A DNA stretch of 64,000 nucleotides from Anaeromyxobacter sp. (GTDB taxonomy: Bacteria; Myxococcota; Myxococcia; Myxococcales; Anaeromyxobacteraceae): the NCBI GenBank assembly GCA_049840735.1, contig JASGJN010000017.1, forward strand, positions 96,001 to 160,000, given 5' to 3'. Each line of letters starts with the position of its first letter. Position 1 is the stretch's first letter. Positions 35,675 to 49,473 of this stretch are shown in pieces. The translations under genes were made by a program, and so were the position numbers. The notes under the pieces were generated by a model. It searched no databases. It was not told the origin of the DNA and worked only from the letters and a program-made list of their open reading frames with translations.

Positions 35675-36391
35675 CTAGTGGGGGAGGACGGCGCGCAGCG
35701 TGTCCGCCGTGGCGTGGACGTGGACCATGAAGACGGTCGCGATCACGGCGGCGGCGAGGACCACGAAGACGATCAGGCCCAGCGTCTCGACGCGCTGCTG
35801 GGCCTTGCGCCCGACGGCGAGCCCCCAGGAGTACGCGAAGCCGAACAGGCCGTTGCCGAAGTGGAAGGCCGCGGCGATGCCGCCCACCAGGTAGAAGAGC
35901 GTCGAGCCGATGGGCGTGATGGCCCGGGCCACCTGCCCGAAGGTCGTCAGCGAGGCCTCGTCGGGGCGGGCCAGCGCCAGCGCGCCGTCCGGCATGATGC
36001 GCAGCTGCCAGACGTGGAACGCCATGTACGCGAAGGCGATGAGGCCGCTCCAGCGCTGCGCCGTGTACATCCAGTTGCGCAGGTAGCCGTAGCTGCCGGT
36101 GTTGGACTCGCCCTGGTACCAGATCCAGAAGCCGTACAGCGCGTGGAAGAGGATGGGCACCGCCAGGAGCCCGACCTCGATGGCGTAGAAGAGCGGCCGG
36201 GGCGCGATGTCCCAGAGGTGCCGGATTGACGTCTCGTAGGCCGCCGGGGACGTCCAGAGCTTGGTGTTCTCGAACAGGTGGAAGAGCAGGAACGCGCCCA
36301 CCGGGACGATGCCGGTCAGCGAGTGCAGCTTCCGGAGGAGGAACGAACGGTCGCTCGCAGGTGCGGCGGCGACGGCGGCGGACTCGGACAT
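35675..36391 (-). CDS. sdhC: Succinate dehydrogenase cytochrome b558 subunit (single five-helix anchor)
   Basis: RKLHSLTG, FHALYG, QRWSG, FHFGNG haem-ligand histidines. Confidence 0.9.
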   Translation of the reverse strand: MSESAAVAAAPASDRSFLLRKLHSLTGIVPVGAFLLFHLFENTKLWTSPAAYETSIRHLWDIAPRPLFYAIEVGLLAVPILFHALYGFWIWYQGESNTGSYGYLRNWMYTAQRWSGLIAFAYMAFHVWQLRIMPDGALALARPDEASLTTFGQVARAITPIGSTLFYLVGGIAAAFHFGNGLFGFAYSWGLAVGRKAQQRVETLGLIVFVVLAAAVIATVFMVHVHATADTLRAVLPH

Positions 36392-36461
36392 CGCGTCTCC
36401 CGGTTAGACGAGGGCCGGCCCTGCCCCAGGGCGGGGCGGGCCGGCCCGGAAACCTACTACA

Positions 36462-38765
<2,304 letters not shown>

Positions 38766-38902
38766 CTCGAACCTCGCGCGCAGAGAGGGGGGGAAGAGAG
38801 CACGGCTCTTACCACTGCCGCGCCGTGGCGTAAATCAAATCCCTGGGGCCAAGAGCCCGGATTCCGGGCACATATCTGCCAGGGCAGCGGGCCGGCGGCA
38901 GG

Positions 38903-39592
38903 TCAGGCGCCACCGCCTCGCCCCGGGGACGGCCGGAGCTCCGCATAACTGGTCAGGATGGTTCCGGAAGCGGCCAGCGCGGCGCGGGCGCGGGGGTCGC
39001 AGAGCGCGGCGAGCTCGGCCTCGCGCTCCACGCCGAAGGAGGTCCGGGCGTGGCTGGGGCGGTAGCCGGGGTGGGCCATCAGCTCGGTCACCCCGTCCTC
39101 CAGCGACGCCAGGGCGGCGAGGAGCCCCTCCGCGGTCCAGGCCGGCCGCCGGTCGGCGTCGCCCAGGAAGCGATCGGCGGTGGGGACCCCCTCGGCGCGC
39201 AGCCGCGCCCGCAGCGCGGCGTCCATGGCCCGCACCGGCAGGCCCGCCTCGCGGGCCACACGGATCACCGCCGGCAGCGCCTCGGGGCGGGCGTGGCGGT
39301 GCTTGTGGCCGTCGAGGTGGGTGGGCGCGGCGCCGCGCAGGGCCTGGAAGCGGTCCAGCTGCCGGCGGATCGCCCCCTCGAGCGCGGCCCCGCCCAGCCC
39401 CTCCTCCAGCACCAGGTGCAGCCCCAGCCCCAGCGTCCGGGGCGCGTCGCGCATGGCGACGGCCGCGAACGGGGTCTCCACCATGGCGGTGGCGCTGGTG
39501 ACGATCCCGCGGGCGTGCGCCTCCAGGATGCCGCGGTCGATCGCCGGGTCGTACCCGAGGTCGTCCGCGTTCACGATCAGTCGGCGAGGCAT
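38903..39592 (-). CDS. ChbG/YdjC-family carbohydrate deacetylase
   Basis: LIVNADDLG, GLHL, THLDGHKH, ELMAHPG. Confidence 0.9.
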   Translation of the reverse strand: MPRRLIVNADDLGYDPAIDRGILEAHARGIVTSATAMVETPFAAVAMRDAPRTLGLGLHLVLEEGLGGAALEGAIRRQLDRFQALRGAAPTHLDGHKHRHARPEALPAVIRVAREAGLPVRAMDAALRARLRAEGVPTADRFLGDADRRPAWTAEGLLAALASLEDGVTELMAHPGYRPSHARTSFGVEREAELAALCDPRARAALAASGTILTSYAELRPSPGRGGGA

Positions 39593-39650
39593 GGCGGGGC
39601 GCCGGCGAGCCGGCGGCCGAGGTATCGCGCCTCGGCCACCGGCGGTCAAG

Positions 39651-40784
39651 TCAGTGGACGTGCGGCGAATCGGGCTGCGCGTCCGTGTCCGCCGCCGCGA
39701 TGGCCGGCGGCGTCCGCGGGAGGCGGGCGGTGAAGACGGAGCCGGCCCCCGGCTGGCTGTCCACGCCCAGCGAGCCGCCGTGCCGCTCCACGATCTGCCG
39801 CGCGATGTAGAGCCCCAGCCCGAAGCCGCCGAAGTGGTCCACCGGCACCGCCCGCTCGAACCGCTCGAAGACGCGGGCCTGGTGCTCCTCGGCGATGCCG
39901 ATCCCCAGGTCGCGCACCACCACCAGCGCGTGATCCCCGTCGGCCGCCACCTCCAGCGTGATGGGCTTCCCCTCCCCGAACTTGGCGGCGTTGACGAGCA
40001 GGTTGGTGATCACCTGCCCCAGCCGGATCCGGTCGAACAGCCCCGGCACCGGCATGAGCCCCAGCCGCAGCTCCGACCCGGCCCGCCGCAGCTCCCCCTC
40101 GGCGTGCTGCGCCGACTCGCGGGCCACCTCGGCCAGGTCCACCGGCTCCCGGCGCAGCTCCAGGTGCCCCAGCCGCATGCGGGACACGTCCAGCAGCTCG
40201 TTGACCAGCTCGGCGATGCGCCGCGTCTGCCGGCCGAGCAGGTCCACCTTGTGCTCCAGCTGCCCCGGCAGCGCCGGGGCGGCGCGCTGGGCGCCGCGCA
40301 GGAGGAGCTGCAGCTGCAGCTGCAGCGCGGTGATGGGGGTGCGCAGCTCGTGGGAGGCGATGGAGAGGAACTCGTCCCGCTCGCGCACCTCCTCCTGCGC
40401 GCGCCGCGTGAGGCGCGCCTGCGCCTCGACCTTGCGCCGCTCGGTCACGTCGCGGACGGCCGCCACGGTGCAGGGGCGCCCGTCCACCCGCAGGGGCGCC
40501 AGGCTGATCTCGGCCGGGAACTCGGAGCCGTCCTGGCGCAGCCCGGACAGCTCCAGCCCCAGCCCCATGGGCCGGCGGCGCGGCGCGCCCTGGTAGCCGG
40601 AGCGGTGCACCTGGTGCATGGCCCTGAAGCGAGCGGGCAGCAGCACCTCCACCGGCCGCCCGAGCAGCCGCTCGCGCGGGTAGCCGAACAGCGCCTCGCC
40701 GCTCTCGTTCACGTACAGGATGGTCCCCGCCTCGTCGGCGATGACCAGGGCGTCGGGCATCGCCTCGAGGATCGCGAAGTCCAC
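39651..40784 (-). CDS. PAS-domain sensor histidine kinase (cytoplasmic, no cognate regulator in the window)
   Basis: PAS (LEAMPDA...FPAEISL), H-box SHELRTP, NLLVNAAKF, DLGIG, GFGLGL. GTG start estimated. Confidence 0.9.
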   Translation of the reverse strand: MDFAILEAMPDALVIADEAGTILYVNESGEALFGYPRERLLGRPVEVLLPARFRAMHQVHRSGYQGAPRRRPMGLGLELSGLRQDGSEFPAEISLAPLRVDGRPCTVAAVRDVTERRKVEAQARLTRRAQEEVRERDEFLSIASHELRTPITALQLQLQLLLRGAQRAAPALPGQLEHKVDLLGRQTRRIAELVNELLDVSRMRLGHLELRREPVDLAEVARESAQHAEGELRRAGSELRLGLMPVPGLFDRIRLGQVITNLLVNAAKFGEGKPITLEVAADGDHALVVVRDLGIGIAEEHQARVFERFERAVPVDHFGGFGLGLYIARQIVERHGGSLGVDSQPGAGSVFTARLPRTPPAIAAADTDAQPDSPHVH

Positions 40785-40880
40785 TCCTGCAAGCTGGGGC
40801 CCCGCCACCGGACGGGGAAGGACGGCGCGGCCGGCCTGGCGCCCGCTGCGCGCCGCGCGGAGGCGGCCCCAGATTGGAGC

Positions 40881-41435
40881 ATGCTCCGCGCCCTCCCCGC
40901 CGCCGCCGGCACCCTGGCCCTGCCGCTGGCGCTGGCGGCGGCGCTGGGCGGCCTGGTGGTGCGCGCCAGCGCCGGCCCACCGCCGGAGGGGCGCGTCGAG
41001 CTGGAGGTGGCGGGCGTGCTGCCGCTGCCGGAGGGGCAGAGCTGCATCCTGGTCCTGCGCGAGCGCGGGCGCTCCACGCTCCTGCCGCTGGTCCTGGCGC
41101 GGCAGGACCCGGAGGAGCTGCGGGATCAGCTGAGGGGCCACGCGCCCCAGGGGCTGGCCGTCGAGGCGCTGCTGCGACTGGGGGCCAAGGTGCAGGAGGT
41201 GGAGCTCGCCAGCGCCGACGACTCGCGCGACGGCGCCCGCGTGCGCCTGGCGCAGGGCGGGCGGCACGTGGACGTGCGTGCCCGGCCCGGCGAGTCGGTG
41301 CTGCTGGCGGTGGCGGCCGGGGCGCCCATCGTCACCACGCGCCGCCTGCTGCTCGAGTCCGGCCTGGAGCCGGAGGACCTGCACAAGGCCAAGCAGAAGC
41401 TGGACGGGCCGGAGCGGGAGCCGGTGAAGCTGTAG
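40881..41435 (+). CDS. Bifunctional nuclease (DUF151/BFN)-like protein with an N-terminal hydrophobic segment
   Basis: ILVLRE...LLPLV and DVRARPGESVLLAVAAGAPI, resembling the DaRPSDAialA motif. Confidence 0.65.
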   Translation: MLRALPAAAGTLALPLALAAALGGLVVRASAGPPPEGRVELEVAGVLPLPEGQSCILVLRERGRSTLLPLVLARQDPEELRDQLRGHAPQGLAVEALLRLGAKVQEVELASADDSRDGARVRLAQGGRHVDVRARPGESVLLAVAAGAPIVTTRRLLLESGLEPEDLHKAKQKLDGPEREPVKL

Positions 41436-41467
41436 GCCCGAGGGCCGGCCGGCGCGCCGGCCCCCGG

Positions 41468-44143
41468 TCACGGCCGCGCCAGGGCAGGCCGCGGGCCGCG
41501 GCGCGACCAGCGCCTCACCCCCTCGAGCACCGGCGCCATGGTCAGCGCGGCCCCCCAGGCGATGCCCCAGCCGGACGCCGTCAGGGCGACGGTGCCGAAG
41601 GCGCGGTGCAGGGCCGGGAGGTGGACGACCAGGAGGAGCAGCGCCAGCTCCCACGCCACCGCCAGGTCCAGCCAGCGGTTCGCCAGGGGCCGCCGCAGGA
41701 TGGAGCGGCTCTCCGCGCGGAAGCAGAACGCGTTGACGAACTGGATCAGCACCAGCGTGACGAAGCAGAGCGTCATCGCCTCCGCCGTCCCGCGCCCGGC
41801 GCCGATGGCCCAGGCGAAGACGGCGAGGTTGGCCAGCGCGGACCAGGCGCCGCCGGCCAGGATCGCCGCCACCACCGGCCGGGTGAAGATCCCGGCCCGG
41901 GCGTCCCGGGGCGGCTGCTGCATCAGGTCCTCGTCGGGCGGGTCGAGCGCCAGGGCCAGCGCCGGGAGCCCATCCGTCGCCAGGTTCACGTACAGGATCT
42001 GGACCGCCGAGAGCGGCAGCGGCAGGCCCGCCACGGCCGCGCCCGCCATGAGCCCCATCTCGCCGGCGTTCGAGGCCAGCAGGTAGGTCAGGTACTTCCT
42101 GACGTTGGCGAAGATGCGGCGGCCCTCCTCGACCGCGCCGACGATCGAGGCGAAGCTGTCGTCGGTGAGCGTCATCCCGGCCGCCTCCTTGCTGACGTCG
42201 GTGCCGGTCAGCCCCATGGCGATGCCCAGGTCCGCCTTCTTCAGCGCCGGCGCGTCGTTGACCCCGTCCCCGGTCATCGCGACCACGTGGCCGAGCCGCT
42301 GGTAGGCCGAGACGATCCGGAGCTTGTCGGCGGGCGAGACGCGCGCGAAGACGCCGATGCCGGGCGCGCGCCGCTCCAGCTCCTCCTCCGTGCACCGCGC
42401 CAGCTCGGGCCCCGTGACCACCTCGCCGCCCCCGAGCCCGAGCTCGGCCGCGATGGCGCGCGCGGTGAGGGGGTGGTCCCCCGTGATCATGACGACCTTC
42501 ACCCCGGCGTCGGCGCAGCGCCTGAGCGCGGCGGCCGCGTCCGGGCGCGGTGGATCGAGCAGCCCGGCCAGCCCGAGCAGCGTCAGGTCCCGCTCCGCCC
42601 CCTCGGCCCGCGCGGTCTCCTTGCGCGCCACCGCCAGCACCCGCAGCGCCCCGCGCGCCCAAGCCTCCACCAGCCCCTGCAGCCGGGCCCGCTCGTCCAT
42701 GTCCAGCGCGCGATCCCCGTCCGCACCCGCCACGCGCGCACACGCCGGCAGCACCACCTCGGGCGCCCCCTTCACGAACGCCACCGTCGGCCCGCCCAGG
42801 CGGTGGAGCGTGGTCATCCGCTTGGTCTCGGGGGTGAACGGGAGCTCGCCGAGGCGGGGGTGGCGCCGGTCGAGCGCCGCCTTCTCCGCCAGGCCGGCCT
42901 TCCGGGCCGCCACCAGCAGCGCGCCCTCGGTCGGATCGCCGCGCACCGCCCACCCCTCGCCCGGCGTGTGCGTGAGCTGCGCGTCCGAGGCGAGCGAGGC
43001 GGCGAGCAGGAGCTCCCGCACGGTCGTCCCCGGCGCGACGGCCCGCCCCTCCAGCTGCAGCTCGCCGGACGGGTCGTAGCCCGCCCCCGTGACGGTCACC
43101 GTCTCGCCGCCCGCGTGGAGCAGGCGCACCGTCATCTGGTCCTTCGTCAGCGTGCCGGTCTTGTCGGTGCAGATCACGCTGGTGCTGCCCAGCGTCTCGG
43201 CGGCGGCGAGCCGGCGCACCAGCGCGTTCCGGCGCACCAGGCGCTGGACCCCCATCGCGAGCGAGATGGTGATCACCGCCGGGAGCGCCTCCGGGACCAC
43301 CGCCACGGCCAGCGCGATCCCGAACACCAGCATCTCGACCAGCGGCTGCCCCCGCGCGAGCCCCAGCAGCACGACCACCGCCACGATCAGCACCGCGCCG
43401 CGCGCCAGGATCCTGCCCACCCGGTCCAGGCTCGCCTGGAGCGGCGTCCGGCTCCCCTCGACCGAGGCCAGGAGCTGCGCGACGTGCCCGAACTCGGTCG
43501 CCATCCCGGTGGCCACCACGACCGCCCGGCCGCGCCCGTGCGTGATGGCCGTGCCGCCGTGGACCGTGTTCAGGCGATCCGGGACCGGGACCTCGGCGTC
43601 GGGCAGGTCCCCCACCCGCTTCTCCACCGGGACCGACTCCCCCGTGAGCGGCGCCTCATCGGCCTGGAGGCTCACTGCCTCGAGCAGGCGCGCGTCGGCG
43701 GGCACCTTGTCGCCCGCGCGCAGGAGGACGACATCGCCGGGCACGACCTCCCGGGCCGCGATCCTCGCCTCCGCGCCGCCGCGGAGCACCGTCGCCTCCG
43801 GCGCGGCCATCCGCCGGAGCGCCTCGAGGGCGTGCTCGGCCCGGTACTCCTGCGCGAACCCGAGCCCCACCGCGAAGGCGACGATAACGGCGATCGCGGT
43901 CGCCTCCACCCCGTGCCCGACCGCCGCCGAGAGCGCGATCGCGACCAGCAGGACCAGGACCAGCGTGTTGCGCAGCTGCGCTCCGAGCAGCGCCAGGGCC
44001 CCGGCGCGCCTGGCTCGCGCCAGCTCGTTCGGCCCGTCGTGCGCGAGCCGCCGCGCGGCCTCCGCCGCGGTCAGCCCGTCGGCCCGCGAGTCCAGCGCCG
44101 CCAGGACCTCGTCGAGCGGCAGCGCGTGCCAGCGAGGAGCCAT
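41468..44143 (-). CDS. Cation-transporting P-type ATPase (type IIA, Ca2+-like)
   Basis: TGES, VPEALP, DKTGTLT, KGAPE, TGDGVNDAPALK, VNLATDGLPA. Confidence 0.93.
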   Translation of the reverse strand: MAPRWHALPLDEVLAALDSRADGLTAAEAARRLAHDGPNELARARRAGALALLGAQLRNTLVLVLLVAIALSAAVGHGVEATAIAVIVAFAVGLGFAQEYRAEHALEALRRMAAPEATVLRGGAEARIAAREVVPGDVVLLRAGDKVPADARLLEAVSLQADEAPLTGESVPVEKRVGDLPDAEVPVPDRLNTVHGGTAITHGRGRAVVVATGMATEFGHVAQLLASVEGSRTPLQASLDRVGRILARGAVLIVAVVVLLGLARGQPLVEMLVFGIALAVAVVPEALPAVITISLAMGVQRLVRRNALVRRLAAAETLGSTSVICTDKTGTLTKDQMTVRLLHAGGETVTVTGAGYDPSGELQLEGRAVAPGTTVRELLLAASLASDAQLTHTPGEGWAVRGDPTEGALLVAARKAGLAEKAALDRRHPRLGELPFTPETKRMTTLHRLGGPTVAFVKGAPEVVLPACARVAGADGDRALDMDERARLQGLVEAWARGALRVLAVARKETARAEGAERDLTLLGLAGLLDPPRPDAAAALRRCADAGVKVVMITGDHPLTARAIAAELGLGGGEVVTGPELARCTEEELERRAPGIGVFARVSPADKLRIVSAYQRLGHVVAMTGDGVNDAPALKKADLGIAMGLTGTDVSKEAAGMTLTDDSFASIVGAVEEGRRIFANVRKYLTYLLASNAGEMGLMAGAAVAGLPLPLSAVQILYVNLATDGLPALALALDPPDEDLMQQPPRDARAGIFTRPVVAAILAGGAWSALANLAVFAWAIGAGRGTAEAMTLCFVTLVLIQFVNAFCFRAESRSILRRPLANRWLDLAVAWELALLLLVVHLPALHRAFGTVALTASGWGIAWGAALTMAPVLEGVRRWSRRGPRPALARP

Positions 44144-44342
44144 GACTCCCTCCGGCCATCCGGACGAGAGCGCCTCCCGCCCGCGGCACCGCCGCGGCGC
44201 GGGACCTCCGGCTGCGAGGATACCGCGGCCGGTGGGCTGCGCGGCGTCACGGACGAGCGGGCAGGACCGGCAGGACCCGCCTGCCCGGCGTCCGCCCGGC
44301 TCGGGCTGGGCCGGCTGGCCGGCGGGACGCCCCCGCGAAGCC

Positions 44343-45049
44343 CTAGTCCGCGGGCGTGCCGCCGCCGGGAGGCGGGGTCAGCCGCGGCGTGATGGCCGCG
44401 CGCTGGGCCTCGCCGGCGAAGTCGTAGATCGACTCGAGCCGGACGTTCCGGTAGCGCTCCATCTTGAAGGCCATGCGCGAGAGCAGCGCCAGGAAGGAGC
44501 CCACGTCGGGCAGGTTGCCCTTGCCGGCCGCCTTCTTGAGCCGCTTCACCTCGGCCAGGATGGCCTTGCGCGCCTCCCGGGGGTGGTACAGGAACGCCCC
44601 GGAGAAGAAGACGTAGGTGCCGAAGGGGAGCAGCCGGGCCTCCAGCACGTCCCCCTTCTCCAGCCCCAGCACCGCGCGCCGCTCGGTGACGTCGTGGTCA
44701 CCGCCGGTGAACAGGTCGCGCAGGCGGACCTTGCCGTCGGAGATCTTCCGGACCTCGAACAGGCCGTGGACGTTGCCGGCCAGGCCGCGGTAGGCGGCCA
44801 GGTCGTCCGGCTCCAGCCCCGCGCCCTCGGCCTCGATGAACCGCTCGATGGTCCGCTGGGCGCCCTCGGGCGGCCGCCAGTCGTACAGGTAGAAGTCCAG
44901 CATCCCGTTGACGCGGACCTCGTAGCTGCGATCCTCCTCGTGAGGCTCGCCGTAGGCCGCGAAGTGCTCGCGCCGCGCGGCCAGGAGGTCGTCCTTGCGC
45001 GGCTCGGCCGTGGCCCACGAGAGCAGCCTCTCGTGGAGCTGCTGCAGGT

Positions 45050-45053
<4 letters not shown>
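44343..45053 (-). CDS. Hypothetical protein translationally coupled to carA
   Basis: MNLQQLHERLL...; ATGA overlap with the carA stop; typical codon usage. Confidence 0.8.
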
Positions 45054-46164
<1,111 letters not shown>

Positions 46165-46168
<4 letters not shown>

Positions 46169-47466
46169 CGATCTGCCCTGCCCTCCTCGTGGACCACGCG
46201 TCCGTCCACGATCGTGTGGGTGCAACGTCCGACGAGCCGCTTTCCCTTCCACGGCGTGTTCCTGCTCTTCGAGTGGAGCCGCGCCGGATCGACCACCCAC
46301 TCCGCGCCCGGGTCCAGGATGGCCACGTCCGCCGGCGCACCGCGCGCCAGCGTGCCGCCCGGCAGCCCGAAGGTGCGGGCCGGCCCTGCGGTGAGCGCCT
46401 CGACCAGCCGGCGCTCGGCCAGTCGCCCGCTGCGCACCAGCGCCAGGCAGACCGGGAAGGCCGTCTCCAGGCCGATGATGCCGTTGGCGGCCGCGTCGAA
46501 CTCGACGTCCTTCTCCACGGCCGAGTGCGGCGCGTGGTCGGTGGCGATGGCGTCGATGGTGCCGTCGGCCAGCCCCTCGATGCAGGCGGCCACGTCCTCG
46601 GCCGAGCGCAGCGGGGGGCTCATCTTGTAGTCGGTGGAGTAGCCCGCCGCGGCCAGATCCTCGTCGGTGAGGGCCAGGTGGTGCGGCGTCACCTCCGCGG
46701 TGACGTGGAGCCCGCGCCGGCGCGCCTCGCGCACCGCGCGCACCGCGCCGCGGGTGGAGAGGTGGGCCACGTGCAGGCGGCCGCCGGTCAGCTCGGCCAG
46801 CGCCAGGTCGCGGACCACCATCACGTCCTCGGCCTGGCCTGGGATGCCGCGCAGGCCCAGGCGCGTCGAGACCGCCCCCTCGTGCATGACGCCCTTGCCG
46901 GCCAGCGCCAGGTCCTCCTCGTGGACCGTGAGCGGCAGGCCGAAGGCCCGGGCGTACTCCAGCGCGCGCCGCATCAGGGCGGGCGACATGACCGGCTTGC
47001 CGTCGTCGGAGAGCGCGACGCAGCCGGCCGCCTTGAGCTCGCCGTACTCGGCCAGCTCCTCGCCGGCCGAGCCGCGCGAGATGGCGCCCACCGGGTAGAC
47101 GCGCGCCAGGCCGGCGGCGGCGGCCCGGGCCAGCATCAGCTCGGTCACGGCCGCGTTGTCGTTGACCGGCCTGGTGTTGGGCATGGGGCACACGGCGGTG
47201 AACCCGCCCGCCACCGCGGCCCTCGCGCCGGTGGCGACCGTCTCCTTGTACTCCTGCCCCGGCTCGCGCAGGTGCACGTGCAGGTCGATGAAGCCCGGCG
47301 TCACCCAGCGCCCGCGGGCGTCGATGGACCGGGCCTCGCGCGGGCGCTCCACCCGCTCCGCCACCTCGGCCACCCGCCCGTCGCGGATCACGACCGTCCG
47401 GACCGCGTCGGTGCCGGTGGCCGGGTCGATCACCCGGCCCCCCTCGATGAAGAGCAGCTCGGCCAT
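46165..47466 (-). CDS. pyrC: Dihydroorotase
   Basis: DLHVHLREPG, MPNT, EVTPHH, ATDHAPH. Confidence 0.95.
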
Positions 47467-47489
47467 GGGCTCGCCTCCCTCGGTCCGCT

Positions 47490-48437
47490 TCACGCCTTGG
47501 CCTCGCCGGTGAGCTCCGGGCCGCCCGCCAGCAGGTAGAGCAGCGCCATCCGCACCGCCACGCCGTTCTGGACCTGGTCGAGGATCACGGAGCGCCTCCC
47601 GTCCGCCACCTCCGGCTCCAGCTCCACGCCGCGGTTGATGGGGCCAGGGTGCAGGATCAGGCAGTCCGGCTTGAGCCAGGCGTCCGCCTTGCGCGCGCTG
47701 AGCCCCCAGAGCTTCGAGTACTCGCGCGTGCCCGGGATGAGCGGGTCGCCGATGCGCTCGTGCTGGATGCGCAGCATCACCACCGCGTCCGCGCCCTCGA
47801 CCGCCTCGCGCAGGTCGAAGTGGACCGTCGCGCCGAGCGCCTCGATGCCGGGCGGGATCATGGTGGGGGGCCCGCACAGCCGCACCGTGGCGCCGAGCCG
47901 GGTCATCCCGTAGACGTCCGAGCGGGCCACGCGCGAGTGGGTGATGTCGCCCACCACCGCGATGGTCTTCCCGTCGAGCGTGCCCAGCTTCTCGCGCAGC
48001 GTGAAGCAGTCCAGGAGCCCCTGGCTCGGGTGCTCGTGCGCGCCGTCGCCGGCCGAGATCACCGCGCAGCCGACGTGCTCGGCCACCAGCCGCGGCGCGC
48101 CGCCCGCCGCGTGGCGGATGACCAGCACGTCCGGGCGCATGGCCTCGAGGTTCCTGGCGGTGTCGATCAGCGTCTCGCCCTTGGAGACCGAGGAGGCGCT
48201 GGCGGTCCAGTTGAGGGCGTCGGCGGAGAGGACCTTGGCGGCGATCTCGAAGGAGCTGCGGGTCCGCGTGGAGGCCTCGAAGAAGAGGTTCACCACCGAG
48301 CGGCCGCGCAGGCTGGGCACCTTCTTGATGGGCCGCTGCAGGACCTCCTTCATGGAGACCGCCAGGTCCAGGACCTCGAGGATCTCCTCGCGGGAGTAGT
48401 CGGCCAGCCCCAGGCAGTGCTTGTGGCGCCCGATCAC
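47490..48437 (-). CDS. pyrB: Aspartate carbamoyltransferase catalytic subunit
   Basis: [23 protein letters not shown]. Confidence 0.96.
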   Translation of the reverse strand: MIGRHKHCLGLADYSREEILEVLDLAVSMKEVLQRPIKKVPSLRGRSVVNLFFEASTRTRSSFEIAAKVLSADALNWTASASSVSKGETLIDTARNLEAMRPDVLVIRHAAGGAPRLVAEHVGCAVISAGDGAHEHPSQGLLDCFTLREKLGTLDGKTIAVVGDITHSRVARSDVYGMTRLGATVRLCGPPTMIPPGIEALGATVHFDLREAVEGADAVVMLRIQHERIGDPLIPGTREYSKLWGLSARKADAWLKPDCLILHPGPINRGVELEPEVADGRRSVILDQVQNGVAVRMALLYLLAGGPELTGEAKA

Positions 48438-48970
48438 GGCGTCCTCCTCGGCGTGACCACCACCGCGTCCTCGCCGGCGCCCGCCTCGGTCAGGCGGACC
48501 TGCACGTCGTCGGCGTCCGCCGCCTCCACCCGCGCGCCCACGAAGTCGGCGGCGATGGGCAGCTCGCGCCCGCCACGGTCCACCAGCACCGCCAGCCAGA
48601 CGCGGCGCGGGCGGCCGAAGTCCACCAGCTCGTCCAGCGCGGCCCGGACCGTGCGGCCGGTGTAGAGGACGTCGTCCACCAGCACGATGGTCTTGCCCGC
48701 CACCGGGAAGCGGACGTCGGTCGGGCCGACCACGGGGGCCACGCCCTTCTGCGCCAGGTCGTCGCGATAGAGCGCGATGTCGAGCGTGCCGACCGGCGGC
48801 TGGGCGCCGAGCAGCGCACCCAGCGCGGCCTGCAGCCGGCCCGCCAGGTGGACGCCGCCGCGGCGGATGCCGACGATGGCCAGGTCGCGCGCCGCGCCGG
48901 CCGCGCGGGCGCGGTCCGCGATCTCGCGCGCCAGGCGGTGGACCGCCCGTTCGAGCTCGGCAGCGTTCAT
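48434..48970 (-). CDS. pyrR: Bifunctional pyrimidine regulator / uracil phosphoribosyltransferase PyrR
   Basis: [33 protein letters not shown]. Confidence 0.93.
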   Translation of the reverse strand: MNAAELERAVHRLAREIADRARAAGAARDLAIVGIRRGGVHLAGRLQAALGALLGAQPPVGTLDIALYRDDLAQKGVAPVVGPTDVRFPVAGKTIVLVDDVLYTGRTVRAALDELVDFGRPRRVWLAVLVDRGGRELPIAADFVGARVEAADADDVQVRLTEAGAGEDAVVVTPRRTP

Positions 48971-48983
48971 GGCGCTCCCTCCG

Positions 48984-49457
48984 TCAGCGGGCCGGTCCCC
49001 AGTCCGGCACGTCGATGTTCTCGGTCATGTCGATCGAGAAGGTCTTCTCGGTGACCTTGTCCAGGAGGGGATACTTCACCTGGCGCGTGTACTCGAAGGC
49101 CACGTGGAGCGTGCGGTGCTCGGACTCGCGGTCGGCCTCCCAGGTCACGTCCTCGGGGCTCACGTCGACCGCCGGCACCAGCTCGACGCCGCCGTCCTCG
49201 CCCACGACCTCCTCCTCGGCGAGCACGCGGAGCTTGTGCGTCATGTTCCGCACCAGCTCGGCGTCGTTGGTGTTCTTGACCGCCTCGTTCATGTACATGT
49301 GGACGGTCTGCTTCACCGTGGCGTGGACCAGGTAGACCGGGATCCAGACCACGCCCAGGTAGCCGCCCCCCACCAGCACGCCCAGGATGAGGAGCGTGAC
49401 CCAGGAGACCTGCCCGCGCGCGCGGGCCCGGCGGGACGTCGACGTGGCGGGGGGCAT
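48984..49457 (-). CDS. Membrane-anchored hypothetical protein with a prepilin-like N-terminus (DUF4845-like)
   Basis: Basic leader RARARG followed by a hydrophobic helix; lies directly downstream of lepB. Confidence 0.65.
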   Translation of the reverse strand: MPPATSTSRRARARGQVSWVTLLILGVLVGGGYLGVVWIPVYLVHATVKQTVHMYMNEAVKNTNDAELVRNMTHKLRVLAEEEVVGEDGGVELVPAVDVSPEDVTWEADRESEHRTLHVAFEYTRQVKYPLLDKVTEKTFSIDMTENIDVPDWGPAR

Positions 49458-49473
49458 CGGCTGGGTTCTATCG

